From Dehalococcoidia bacterium (GTDB taxonomy: Bacteria > Chloroflexota > Dehalococcoidia > Dehalococcoidales > Fen-1064): 64,000 nt of DNA. Positions 1 to 9,907 of this stretch are shown one piece after another. The position numbers were made by a program, and so were the translations under genes. The DNA lies in the NCBI GenBank assembly GCA_011170375.1, contig DUEV01000005.1, positions 42,231 through 106,230 of the forward strand, read 5' to 3'. The notes under the pieces were generated by a model. The model made no database searches. It saw only the letters and a program-made list of their open reading frames with translations, and was not told the DNA's origin. Position 1 is the first letter of the stretch; every line of letters begins with the position of its first letter.

Positions 1-2
1 TG

Positions 3-650
3 ATGAGAAGACTGTACCTCGGTATCTACCTTTTTTTCTTCATTCTATTCGGAGTGCTGTGTTATCTGGCACACGAGTTCGCCACCTTTCATGGTGATGT
101 TACCATCAGCCACCGGATACAGGGAATCGATTTCCCTTTTTTCAGCCTACTAATGGAAGCGGTCTCATACCTCGGACGTGCCGTTCCCGTCAGCATTACC
201 ATTACCCTGCTGGCCGCTGGCCTCCTGTTCTTTCGCCGCATACGCGAGGCCTTCTTTATCGTTGTCCTGCCAGCTATCGCCGGATTGGTCAACGAACTGA
301 CAAAGGCACTAGTCGACCGCCCCCGCCCCGTCGGCACCCTCGCCATTGGCGTGAACGGCTTCCCCAGCGGGCACACCACCTATGCCACAGTAATTTGCGG
401 CTGCATTTTCTTCCTGGCACCACGGATGCTGAAGTGGCCGGTAGCTGTCTGGATAACACAGACTCTGAGTGTGCTGTTCATCGCCCTTATGGGGATTTCA
501 CGAATCTTCCTCGAAGCACACTGGCCCAGCGACGTCCTTGGTGGCCTTATTCTCGGTGGGCTGGTACTTGCTCCCGGCATTTTCATATATAAAAATTATA
601 TCGAAGGCGACCGAATTAAGTCAGAGGTGAGAAGTGCCCGAGCTTCCTGA
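3..650 (+). CDS. PAP2-family phosphatase, integral membrane (may extend upstream of the window)
   Basis: ORF track. PAP2 motifs are present: KALVDRPRP, PSGH and SRIFLEAHWPSD. Several hydrophobic helices. Confidence 0.8.
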   Translation: MRRLYLGIYLFFFILFGVLCYLAHEFATFHGDVTISHRIQGIDFPFFSLLMEAVSYLGRAVPVSITITLLAAGLLFFRRIREAFFIVVLPAIAGLVNELTKALVDRPRPVGTLAIGVNGFPSGHTTYATVICGCIFFLAPRMLKWPVAVWITQTLSVLFIALMGISRIFLEAHWPSDVLGGLILGGLVLAPGIFIYKNYIEGDRIKSEVRSARAS

Positions 651-1455
651 AGTCGAGACTGTAAGGAACGAACTGCTCCCCTTCGTGGCTGGTCAGCGCA
701 TAACCGGCGTGACCCTAGCATGGGAGGGGATAGTCAAAGAGCCTCCAGTTGAGGAGTTCTGTTCCCGCATCATTGGGCAAAAGATAACCGCTATAACCAG
801 GCGAGGTAAGTACCTCTTCTTCCACCTGGGTAATCAGGACTTCCTGGTCATCCACTTGAAAATGACCGGTTCGCTAATTGTCAGCCAGAAACCGCCGGAG
901 CCATTAAAGTTCATCCGTGCTATCATTCACCTCGACAACGCTACCAGCATCTATTTCCGCGACCCGCGCAAGTTCGGTGTAATGCGGCTCGTTAAGGATA
1001 CAGAAACTATCAGGGCCAAGCTCGGCCCGGAGCCGCTGGAAGAGGGCTTCACTACAAAATTGCTGGCGGAGCGACTGGCAAAACGCACCGCACCGATAAA
1101 GGCCGTACTATTGGACCAGAAGGCTGTTGCCGGAATTGGTAACATGTATGCCGACGAAGCCCTGCACGCTGCTGGAATCAACCCGTGGCGACCGGGCGGC
1201 AGCCTTACCCCATCAGAGATAAAGCGCCTCCACCGCGAACTCCGGCGGATACTGTGGGCAGCGATTGAGAACAAGGGCGCCAGCGTGGACACCTACTTCC
1301 GCCCCGATGGCTCTGAGGGCTCGGCCCACTACCAGTTCAAGGTGGCCCACGGCCTGGGGGGCAAGACCTGCACGACCTGCGGCGGCCCAATCGAGCGGGT
1401 GGTGGTGCGTAACCGTGGTACCTACTACTGCTCTAGGTGTCAGCCGCTCAAATAG
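634..1455 (+). CDS. mutM: formamidopyrimidine-DNA glycosylase
   Basis: N-terminus is MPELPEVE (catalytic Pro2/Glu3). C-terminal C4 zinc finger CTTCGGPI...YYCSRCQ. GTG start at 634 is preceded by GAGGTGA. Overlaps the upstream ORF by 17 nt. Confidence 0.95.
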   Translation: MPELPEVETVRNELLPFVAGQRITGVTLAWEGIVKEPPVEEFCSRIIGQKITAITRRGKYLFFHLGNQDFLVIHLKMTGSLIVSQKPPEPLKFIRAIIHLDNATSIYFRDPRKFGVMRLVKDTETIRAKLGPEPLEEGFTTKLLAERLAKRTAPIKAVLLDQKAVAGIGNMYADEALHAAGINPWRPGGSLTPSEIKRLHRELRRILWAAIENKGASVDTYFRPDGSEGSAHYQFKVAHGLGGKTCTTCGGPIERVVVRNRGTYYCSRCQPLK

Positions 1456-1508
1456 TGTCCAGACTTACGCCTGCTTCAGAACCTGAACCTTCCACAGAAG
1501 GTCTGATA

Positions 1509-2807
1509 TCACAGATTTCTGATACGCGGCATGAATATCGCTACGAAGACGAAGAACACCAGAGTGGCCACACCGAAGCTGCCAATTATCAACGGGGCAC
1601 TATAAGCATCGATAAGCATCCCAATCGGCATTGCACCCAGTGGCATAAGACCGAAGGTGGTCATGAACAGGCCGGTGACCCGACCGCGCATCTCGGGTGG
1701 CGTAATTACCAGTATGAGAGCCTGGCTAAACGCCATAAAAGCAGTCCCGAATAATCCGGTGAATGCCAGGACCACCAGCGACGGAATGAAGGTATCGGGG
1801 CCAGCAACGGCACCAAAGAGTGCCAGCATCGCCCCAAAAGCCACCGCCGAACCGACGAGGACACGACCCTTGTACCGGTAATTACCCAACGAAGCAACCG
1901 TCAGAGCACCAACGACCGCACCCGCACCTTGTGCGGTACCCATCAGGCCCAGCCCGGTAGGTCCAACATGAAATACGTCCCTCTGAAACACCGGCAGAAA
2001 ATTGACATAGGGCATTGCCAAGATAACCGGAATCATACTTATAATCAGCATCTGAAGGACAGTACGATCGCGGCGCAGGTAGCGTAGTCCATCCAATGCG
2101 TCCCGGGCCACAGAGGTTGAGACCGATGCCACAGCCTTACCCCTGATTGGAATCATGAAGAGGAACAAGACAAAAATAATATAAGCAAAGAACTTTATGT
2201 AATACGCCGGCCCCGTCCCGAAAGCACCAATGACCACACCAGCCACCGACGGGCCAATGATACGGGTCATACTCATTATCCCCGAATTCAACGCCAGGGC
2301 ATTTATCAGGTTCTCATCACCGACAAGGTCAGGAACATACGACTGCTGTGACGGCATGGTAAAACCGGAAATGATTCCAATAGCCAGGGAGCTAACAACA
2401 ATATGCCAGACTGCGATAAGCCCGGTGGAAATCATCACGCCGATAAATAGTGCGAAAAGACCAATCCCGAGTCGACCGGCCATCAACAGGTTCCGTTTCG
2501 GCAGGCGGTCGGCGGCAACGCCCCCGGCCAGAGAGCAGAATAGCATGGAAACACCAAGCGCGACACTAACATAGCCTATCGCCGTTGCCTGGTCAGTCAA
2601 CTCATAGACCAGATAGTTCTGGGTGAATTGCTGCATCTGCAGCGCCGTAGTAGCGATCAGTGACCCGATGGCAAAGAGGCGGAAATTCCGGTTCTTCAGC
2701 GAAACAAAGGCGGCAAGCCAGTCCCTTCCCTTACCCGGGCGCCCCGGTGTTCCCCCAGCCACTCCCCTTGAAGTTGTTTCGTAGCCTGCCTCAATATCCT
2801 CACGCAT
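1509..2807 (-). CDS. MFS transporter
   Basis: 432 aa with about 12 hydrophobic segments and an MFS-like loop (GVAADRLPKRN). Confidence 0.8.
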   Translation of the reverse strand: MREDIEAGYETTSRGVAGGTPGRPGKGRDWLAAFVSLKNRNFRLFAIGSLIATTALQMQQFTQNYLVYELTDQATAIGYVSVALGVSMLFCSLAGGVAADRLPKRNLLMAGRLGIGLFALFIGVMISTGLIAVWHIVVSSLAIGIISGFTMPSQQSYVPDLVGDENLINALALNSGIMSMTRIIGPSVAGVVIGAFGTGPAYYIKFFAYIIFVLFLFMIPIRGKAVASVSTSVARDALDGLRYLRRDRTVLQMLIISMIPVILAMPYVNFLPVFQRDVFHVGPTGLGLMGTAQGAGAVVGALTVASLGNYRYKGRVLVGSAVAFGAMLALFGAVAGPDTFIPSLVVLAFTGLFGTAFMAFSQALILVITPPEMRGRVTGLFMTTFGLMPLGAMPIGMLIDAYSAPLIIGSFGVATLVFFVFVAIFMPRIRNL

Positions 2808-3140
2808 GACGCCAGTAACCCTTTCTCAAGACACACTCCAAAGCAGGCACTTAACTAAATAGCCTCTGGCTCCTCCACAGTCTGGCAATACAGGAGAGGG
2901 GACTAATGTGCTCGGGCACTCTCCATCAATCATAACACAAACACCGGCTGGCCTTATAATCGACCATGTGATACAATTGAGCCAGATTGAACGTGCAAGG
3001 GAACGATTTACACCAATGACTGCTAAGAAAGCCCCAGACCTGGAAACATTTGTCAAGAACGTCAACAAGAAGGACAAGCGTAACGGTCTAAAGATACGCT
3101 TTGCTTTCGTCAAGCGTAAGAGAAGATAGAACCGCTATTA

Positions 3141-3800
3141 TTAGTACCCCCCAGACTCATGCATACCACCCCCCACAAATAGTTTGTCGCTGACCTCCCG
3201 GGGTGACACTCGGCCACCAGAAACGACCATTTTCAGGGCGTCATCAACCGTCAGGTTGGTCCGGATTACCTGGTCTTCACTGAGTATCTGCAAGAAACCC
3301 GAGGTCGGATTGGGGGAGGTCGGTATAAAGATATTGAGCAGTTTCCTGCCGGACTCATCAGACGTTTCATTGGTGATAAAGCCGAGCGTTCTCGTACCTT
3401 TTCTGGGAAACTCGACCAGCACTACATCCATGAAACCAGTCTTGTCCGGTGCGGCGAAAGCCTGCATAATTTGCCGGATGCCATTATAGACATAGCGAAC
3501 CATTGGCACCCTGTTTAGCAGGTTCTCACCATAGCGGAGCAGTCTCCTCCCCAGCATATTACTGACAATTACGCCGACAATGTAAATTATTAATACGGTT
3601 ATCCCAAATCCGACACCGGGGATATCATGCCCGAAAATCCTCTCAATTACTGGTTGGAGGAGATTATCGATGCCATTGAAAATCCAGATAAATATCCATA
3701 CGGTAAGTCCCAACGGCACAGTAACGAGAATACCTGCCAAGAAATGCGCTCTGAGCTTTCTGCCTACCCATCTTAAAGCAGCGATTATCCTTCCCTTCAT
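3141..3800 (-). CDS. DUF502 family membrane protein
   Basis: Two N-terminal TM helices followed by the conserved FIPTSPNPTSGFL and VSGG segments typical of DUF502. Recognised from memory. Confidence 0.65.
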   Translation of the reverse strand: MKGRIIAALRWVGRKLRAHFLAGILVTVPLGLTVWIFIWIFNGIDNLLQPVIERIFGHDIPGVGFGITVLIIYIVGVIVSNMLGRRLLRYGENLLNRVPMVRYVYNGIRQIMQAFAAPDKTGFMDVVLVEFPRKGTRTLGFITNETSDESGRKLLNIFIPTSPNPTSGFLQILSEDQVIRTNLTVDDALKMVVSGGRVSPREVSDKLFVGGGMHESGGY

Positions 3801-3974
3801 TTCCCTTGCCCTCCTTGTCGCTCAAGCACTCAGTTACCTCGGATATTGACCCTATATTCTATGTTAACAATACTGGCAGTCCACCAGCAACAGACCAATA
3901 GAGCACTCACCAACCACAAGTATAGGAAGGTAGACCTCCGCTAATGGGCTGACCACTCGATATTCAGTCACAGG

Positions 3975-4994
3975 TCAGACCGACCGTTGGGGAAAAGGAT
4001 GGCCAGCATGCTCAAAATCAGGCAGGTAGCTGTCCGACGACCCCATCTTCTGAACCCAACCATTCTCCAGCCCGAGACGTTCCACCAGTCCGACAACCTC
4101 CGAGTATTCATCCGCGGTCAGCCTTCGGGAGAGGGCAGGAATCCGCAAGGCCCGATGAGTGGGGTAGTACTGAGACATAATACTCACCGTAACCGTTGGG
4201 GAGACCTCATTGACCAGCCAGGTGAGTGATGCCTCACTGCCAGCCAGGCCGTTGGGGAGCACCAGATGGCGCACAATCAGCCCCCTCCGGGCCACTCCAG
4301 CGTCGTCCAGGACTAGCTCACCGACCTGCCGGTACATCTCTTGAATAGCAGCACGGGCATGCCTCACATAATCTGGTGCCCGGGAATATTTCTTCGCCCA
4401 CCTGTCCGAACCATATCTAATGTCCGCCAGGTAGATATCTACTATCCCATCGAGCTCTCTCAGCGAACTGAGGGAATCATAGCTGCTGGTATTGTAGACC
4501 AGAGGCAGATGAAGCCCCAGTGGTACTGCCTCCAACACCGTCCGCACGAGCTGAGGAACAAAGTGTGATGGGGATACAAAGTTGATATTGTGGCAATCAA
4601 GTTCATCCTGAAGATACAAGATACGTTCTGCCAGGGTACGGAAATCCATTTCAGGGAACGGTCGCCTTGCTCGTGGCTGGCTTATCTGGTGGTTCTGGCA
4701 GTATACGCACCGCAGGTTGCAGTTACCAAAGAACACTGTCCCTGAGCCACGATTCCCTGAAATAGCTGGCTCCTCACCGTGGTGACTACAGACCGCCGCC
4801 ACCACGGGCCGATAGCTGGTGCGGCAGAACCCCCACTCACCTTCAAGCCGGTCAATACGGCACTCCCGCGGGCAGATATCACACGAGGCCAACCGGCTCT
4901 CCAAGGCATCGGCACGGCACTTCAACTCACCAGAACGATAAAGGGTAATGTATCCCGGCTCCAACAACCGCCTCCTCCGTCTACATACACGCAA
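3975..4994 (-). CDS. radical SAM protein (PflX/COG1313-like)
   Basis: CNLRCVYCQN radical-SAM CX3CX2C motif, plus an N-terminal Cys cluster CDICPREC. Confidence 0.8.
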   Translation of the reverse strand: MRVCRRRRRLLEPGYITLYRSGELKCRADALESRLASCDICPRECRIDRLEGEWGFCRTSYRPVVAAVCSHHGEEPAISGNRGSGTVFFGNCNLRCVYCQNHQISQPRARRPFPEMDFRTLAERILYLQDELDCHNINFVSPSHFVPQLVRTVLEAVPLGLHLPLVYNTSSYDSLSSLRELDGIVDIYLADIRYGSDRWAKKYSRAPDYVRHARAAIQEMYRQVGELVLDDAGVARRGLIVRHLVLPNGLAGSEASLTWLVNEVSPTVTVSIMSQYYPTHRALRIPALSRRLTADEYSEVVGLVERLGLENGWVQKMGSSDSYLPDFEHAGHPFPQRSV

Positions 4995-5006
4995 GCCCTG
5001 TCAACG

Positions 5007-6467
5007 CTACAATCTGTCCAACGCCCGGTCAATCCGTTCCAGGCAGGTCTCCCGACCAAGTACCGCCATTGTCTGGAACAGGGGTGGGGCGGCTGTCTGT
5101 CCGGTAACGGCTGTTCTCAGCGTCCCGAAAAGCTGTCCCGTCTTCAGTTCCATCTCCGCCGCCAGAGGTCTCAGCATCTCCTCCAGGGACTCGGCATCAA
5201 AGGCAGGTAATTCTGCCAGCCGCTGTCGGGCTACCCCCAAAGCATGACGGGTTGACTCCACCGTCATTCCCTTGGTAATCAAAAGCTCGGTATCATATTC
5301 GAGGCGGTCTACAAAGAAGAACCGGGTCAGCTCAGGCACGTCGGCCAGCGTTTTCACTCGCTCCTGAACGAGCGGCATAATCTGCTTGATGTAGTCAACC
5401 GACAACGGGGGCATCACCTCAGATGGCAGGTCTCGTTCCAAGAATTGCAGAGACCTCTGCAGAAAATCTTCTGGGGCCAGACTGCGAATATAAACCCCGT
5501 TCATCCAGTCCAGCTTCTCCGGGTTAAAGCTAGCCGCCGTCTTTTTGACACGTTCGAGGGTAAAGCTGGCAATAAGCTCCTGCCTTGTCATCAGCTCTGT
5601 CTTGTCATCCAGCGACCAGCCAAGCAGGGCCAGGAAATTCACCATCGCTTCTGGTAAATAGCCTTGCTTCCGAAACTCCCCTATTGATACGGCCCCGTGA
5701 CGTTTGCTCAGCTTTGAACGGTCGGTTCCCGTGAGCCTCGGCAAGTGGGCAAACTGCGGCGGCTCATATCCGAGAGCTTTGTATAAGAGCACATGATGCG
5801 GGGTGGTAGAGATAAACTCCTCGCCCCGGATAACATGGCTTATCTCCATTTTATGGTCGTCGACGATGTTGGCCAGGTTATAGGTGGGGTAACCGTCAGA
5901 CTTAAGTAACACCAGGTCGTCAAGGGTATTATTTTCAAATTTTACCTCACCCCAGACGACGTCACTGAATCTTGTCTGGCCTTCAAGCGGGACTTTGAAA
6001 CGAACCACCGGGGTTATACCCTCGTTTTCTTTCTTCTTCCTCTCTTCCTCACTCAGCTCACGGCACTGGCGGTCGTAACCGGGTGGCTGCTTGCGCCTGA
6101 GCTGTTCAGCCCGTATCTCCTCAAGACGCTCTGGAGAGCAGTAGCAGTAATAGGCATCCCCCTGCTCCACCAGGCGCCGGGCTGCTTCCTCATAAAGCCC
6201 CAGGCGTTCCGACTGGACATACGGTCCGTAGTCTCCCCCGATATCCGGTCCTTCATCCCAGTCAAGTCCCAGCCACCTGAGGCTACCCATTAGCGCTTCA
6301 ACCGCGCCTTCCACACGTCGGGCAACATCGGTGTCCTCAATACGGAGAATGAAGCTACCAGAATTATGACGGGCAAAAAGCCAAGCAAACAGGGCAGTCC
6401 GGATATTACCAACATGGGGGTCACCGGTGGGACTGGGGGCAAAACGCGTTCTAACGACTGGCCTCAT
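5007..6467 (-). CDS. gltX: glutamate--tRNA ligase
   Basis: RFAPSPTGDPHVGNIRTALF (HIGH region) and KLSKRHG (KMSKS). The track ORF runs to 6530, but the Met at 6467 (MRPVVRTRFAPSPTG) fits the family N-terminus. Confidence 0.95.
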   Translation of the reverse strand: MRPVVRTRFAPSPTGDPHVGNIRTALFAWLFARHNSGSFILRIEDTDVARRVEGAVEALMGSLRWLGLDWDEGPDIGGDYGPYVQSERLGLYEEAARRLVEQGDAYYCYCSPERLEEIRAEQLRRKQPPGYDRQCRELSEEERKKKENEGITPVVRFKVPLEGQTRFSDVVWGEVKFENNTLDDLVLLKSDGYPTYNLANIVDDHKMEISHVIRGEEFISTTPHHVLLYKALGYEPPQFAHLPRLTGTDRSKLSKRHGAVSIGEFRKQGYLPEAMVNFLALLGWSLDDKTELMTRQELIASFTLERVKKTAASFNPEKLDWMNGVYIRSLAPEDFLQRSLQFLERDLPSEVMPPLSVDYIKQIMPLVQERVKTLADVPELTRFFFVDRLEYDTELLITKGMTVESTRHALGVARQRLAELPAFDAESLEEMLRPLAAEMELKTGQLFGTLRTAVTGQTAAPPLFQTMAVLGRETCLERIDRALDRL

Positions 6468-7017
6468 AAGCCTTCTCACTTTTATATCTGGAGGCCCCGT
6501 CAGCAGCTGACCGCTTGCGAGGAACAGCAATTACAAAAGTATCGGCAATCTTATCGTGGAATCCCTGCCTTCTTATGTCCACAGGGATCCAGAAAAAGCC
6601 AGAAAGGACCAGCAAAATCGATATGATATAGCCAAGGAACCGCATAACAGCACCACCCCAGCCCATCCCGGCACCGTTGAAGTGGACTATTTTCAACCTC
6701 ATAATCATCTTCCCCGGGGTCTGGCCACGCCACCTCCAGAAACAGATAAAGTAAGCAACAACTATCAGAAACAGGATACCGCTGCTCACCGCCCAGAGAG
6801 ACGAACCCGAGCTCGCTACTGCATCCGGCAGGAGGGGATCAGTGGCCTCCTCACCCCAGAACCCAGCCCCACTGGCCAGCCCCCAGATACCGTTGTACAG
6901 CAAGCTAATACCGACAATAATCAGGGTATCAATAAGAAAGGCCCAAAACCTTATCCAGAAACCGGCATAGTCAACGGTATAACTTTCCTTACGCACCCGG
7001 GTAGCCATTAGCTGCAT
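6451..7017 (-). CDS. RDD family membrane protein
   Basis: FWIRFWAFLIDTLII, GQTPGKMIMRLKIV and HDKIADTFVI match the RDD-domain pattern. Three TM segments. Confidence 0.7.
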   Translation of the reverse strand: MQLMATRVRKESYTVDYAGFWIRFWAFLIDTLIIVGISLLYNGIWGLASGAGFWGEEATDPLLPDAVASSGSSLWAVSSGILFLIVVAYFICFWRWRGQTPGKMIMRLKIVHFNGAGMGWGGAVMRFLGYIISILLVLSGFFWIPVDIRRQGFHDKIADTFVIAVPRKRSAADGASRYKSEKAYEASR

Positions 7018-7375
7018 ATCTATACTCCCTTATCTCTGGGCAGACCCTGAACTATTACGCCTAATTCTACCATCTCACCTGATAATATTCTAGCCAACCT
7101 AGCCACTCATATGACGAGTAACACTTCGACACATTCTTATCCAACCTCACCCCCATAATCTCCCTGTGTGAATGAGGTCGGGTATTGACAGGTTTTAATG
7201 ACGCACGGGAGATACAGCCATTTAGATAGGTGTTGTTGATACCTTAGACTCAAATAGAACAATATTTGACCTCTGGGGGTCCTATTAATGGTTCGGTTTA
7301 GACCTCAATAGGAATAAACGCCATGATAACCTTAAGGTAGCCAGGGAGAATCACAAACGAAGAAGATAATAGTAG

Positions 7376-7759
7376 ATGACTAAAGTAATCTTCGAGAGGC
7401 TCGGCTGCGGGGAAAGAGGTTTTACCCTGATTGAGCTGCTGGTGGCGGTTACCATTCTTGGAGCACTGGCGGGTGTGGCTATTCCGCATTTCGGGAAATT
7501 CATAGGGCATGGTGAAACTGAAGCTACGGAAACGGAATTGCACAATATCAAGACAGCGGTAACGGCACTAATGGCCGACCAGAATATTAACTTACTGGAT
7601 GCTGGCGCATATCCCATAACCACAAGTGATATGGATGATATCACCCTCAATGGTGTCCCGCTAAGTGACTACATGACAGGTCTGAATGCCGACGGTACTG
7701 TTAAATCTGGTACCACTTATAGTTTTACACAAGAAGGTCAAGTATCAGTCCCGCAGTAG
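7376..7759 (+). CDS. type IV pilin-like protein (prepilin-type N-terminal cleavage/methylation domain)
   Basis: The leader MTKVIFERLGCGERG is followed by FTLIELLVAVTILGALAGVAIP, the G/FTLIE class-III signal. 127 aa. Confidence 0.7.
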   Translation: MTKVIFERLGCGERGFTLIELLVAVTILGALAGVAIPHFGKFIGHGETEATETELHNIKTAVTALMADQNINLLDAGAYPITTSDMDDITLNGVPLSDYMTGLNADGTVKSGTTYSFTQEGQVSVPQ

Positions 7760-7826
7760 CTATTGCTTACTACTCCCCCATAAGGAGAAGTCACGGCATT
7801 AGTACCGCCCATCTATTTGAACTGGT

Positions 7827-8744
7827 TCAGCCGAACTCCTTGAGTGCTTTCTTAAGGTCAGATGGCAGAGCAGATTCAAATTCGACGTACTCCCCGGTGG
7901 AGGGGAGACGGAAACCGAGGCGATGTGAGTGGAGGAACTGCCGCGAGAGATGGGCCGATTTCACCCCATAGGTAGCATCACCGACCACCGGATGGCCGAT
8001 TGCTGCCAGATGTACCCGAATCTGGTGCGTGCGGCCGGTCTCAGGTACAGCCTCAAGTAGAGTATAGTCGTCGATATACCTAACGACACGGTATCGGGTG
8101 CGGGCCGCCCGGCCCTGGTCTTCGGCAGCGACTGCCATGCGCTTGCGATTGCGCGTGTCACGCCCGATTGGGGCTTCAATAACACCGTGCTCAGGAGCGA
8201 GATGCCCCTTGACCAGTGCAAAATATACCTTGGTCACGTTGTGGGACTTGAACTGCCTTACGAGGTCGGCCCGGGCTGCTCGGTCCTTGGCTACCAGCAT
8301 CACCCCGGAAGTATTCATGTCAAGTCGGTGAACGATGCCTGGTCGCAGCGGGTCGCCGGTATCGGGAGTAAAAGACAGATAGGCAAGAATGGCATTGACC
8401 AGCGTATGGCCCGGGTGTCCCGGCGCCGGGTGTACTGGCAGCCCAGCCGGCTTGTCAATCACCAGCACATCATCATCTTCATAGAGGATACCGAAAGGAA
8501 TAGCTTCCGGCTCCGGACGGCTGGGGGTAGATGGGGGGATGATAACAGTGACCCGGTCACCGTGACTCAATTTCAGGCTCGCCCTGGCAACCATGCCGTT
8601 GACCCTGACCAGACCATCATTGATCAGCTTCTGAGCCTGAGTCCGTGTCAGTTCCGGACAGCTCCCGGCAACATAATGGTCAAGACGGACGCCCTGGCTA
8701 CCCACAACAAAACTATGCTCTCTGGAACCAGCGATTGACATCAC
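7827..8744 (-). CDS. rluD: RluA-family 23S rRNA pseudouridine synthase
   Basis: N-terminal S4-like domain, catalytic HRLDMNTSGVMLVAKD, and C-terminal THQIRVH. Confidence 0.9.
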   Translation of the reverse strand: MMSIAGSREHSFVVGSQGVRLDHYVAGSCPELTRTQAQKLINDGLVRVNGMVARASLKLSHGDRVTVIIPPSTPSRPEPEAIPFGILYEDDDVLVIDKPAGLPVHPAPGHPGHTLVNAILAYLSFTPDTGDPLRPGIVHRLDMNTSGVMLVAKDRAARADLVRQFKSHNVTKVYFALVKGHLAPEHGVIEAPIGRDTRNRKRMAVAAEDQGRAARTRYRVVRYIDDYTLLEAVPETGRTHQIRVHLAAIGHPVVGDATYGVKSAHLSRQFLHSHRLGFRLPSTGEYVEFESALPSDLKKALKEFG

Positions 8745-8751
8745 TCTTAAC

Positions 8752-9270
8752 CTAGTCGGCCTTCTCAGGGGGAGTGCGCATTTCGGTAATAGTCAGACGG
8801 AGGAGGGAGTAGACAATAATGACAACACCAATTGTAACGACCGAATCAGCAATATTGAAGGCCGGCCAGACCCTAAAATCAATGAAATCAATGACGTAGC
8901 CCCATCTACACCGGTCAATGAGGTTACCTACCATGCCGCCCAGTATCATGCCGAAGGCTATGATGTTGAGCCGACTTACTAAGGCTGGAATACGGCGATA
9001 AATGACAAAGCCCATTACCAAGAGAACGACAATGCCGACAATCGCAGCAATTTTCAGGACAGAGGAGTGACCCTGAAAAATACCAAAGGCAGCCCCGGTG
9101 TTATGGACATGAACCAGCCGAAAGAATCCCAGCTGCCAGATAACCTCGCCCTCGTCGTACGACCTTACCAGTAAATTTTTGGTGAGTTGGTCAGCGGTTA
9201 CTACCAGCAGAAAGGAGAGAGCGAGAACCCCTCCCCACCACCTAGCTAGGGGGGAATCTACCTTTCGCAT
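8752..9270 (-). CDS. lspA: lipoprotein signal peptidase II
   Basis: Four TM segments with conserved NTGAAFG and FNIADS motifs. Classic lspA-rluD linkage. Confidence 0.9.
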   Translation of the reverse strand: MRKVDSPLARWWGGVLALSFLLVVTADQLTKNLLVRSYDEGEVIWQLGFFRLVHVHNTGAAFGIFQGHSSVLKIAAIVGIVVLLVMGFVIYRRIPALVSRLNIIAFGMILGGMVGNLIDRCRWGYVIDFIDFRVWPAFNIADSVVTIGVVIIVYSLLRLTITEMRTPPEKAD

Positions 9271-9622
9271 TCTTCGTCTGAAGCGTTTTACAGTCCAGGC
9301 ACAGTTTCGCGTACGGTAACGCCTCCAATCGTTCCCGGGCTATTGGCTTACCACACTCCTCGCACTTACCGTAGGTACCCTCTTCGAACTTCGCCAGGGC
9401 AGCCCTAACGTCGGCCAACTGCTCCCGCATCTGCTTCTCCAGAGCTAGCCTCCGCTCCAACTCAAGGCTCTCCGTAGCCTCCTCCTCCCGTTTGCCAAAA
9501 GGACTCCCCTCACGCCTCTCCTCAGAAGGATAAGCGACAGCCCGCAGTTGCTCCAGGTCATCAGTTAAACGCTTCTCTTCACTCTCAAGATGAGACCGAA
9601 GTGCATCATATTTCCCAGCCAC
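9242..9622 (-). CDS. TraR/DksA family C4 zinc-finger protein
   Basis: Coiled-coil N-terminal part and CEECGKPI...LCLDC zinc finger. Confidence 0.8.
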   Translation of the reverse strand: MAGKYDALRSHLESEEKRLTDDLEQLRAVAYPSEERREGSPFGKREEEATESLELERRLALEKQMREQLADVRAALAKFEEGTYGKCEECGKPIARERLEALPYAKLCLDCKTLQTKNAKGRFPPS

Positions 9623-9907
9623 TTTACCTCCTCCCGCCCGTCTCGTATGTCTGATGTAAGGCCGGTCGGACTATTTAGGAATTCAGGTTAGATAGATATT
9701 ATACTCGAAGGTAGACCAGAGAGCAATAACAAATGTCAATACTGAGATAGAATTCATCTCTAGTGTATCCTACTTTATCCGGTTTGGCAACTATTCTATA
9801 CGGGTATCGCAGTTGCGGCGTGTCACGATAGAGGGTAAAATCTGGAGAAGAAGGGCCCGTCTGGCCAGCCTTTTGGCCTGACAGGCTTGACGGGAGGATG
9901 CCCAGAG

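Noticed and set aside
2908-3129. 73-aa plus-strand ORF with a very basic C-terminus in the MFS/DUF502 spacer
   Set aside because: There is no convincing SD for either possible start. It sits in the promoter region of a minus-strand gene, an equally long antisense ORF exists (2826..3113), and it has no recognisable family.
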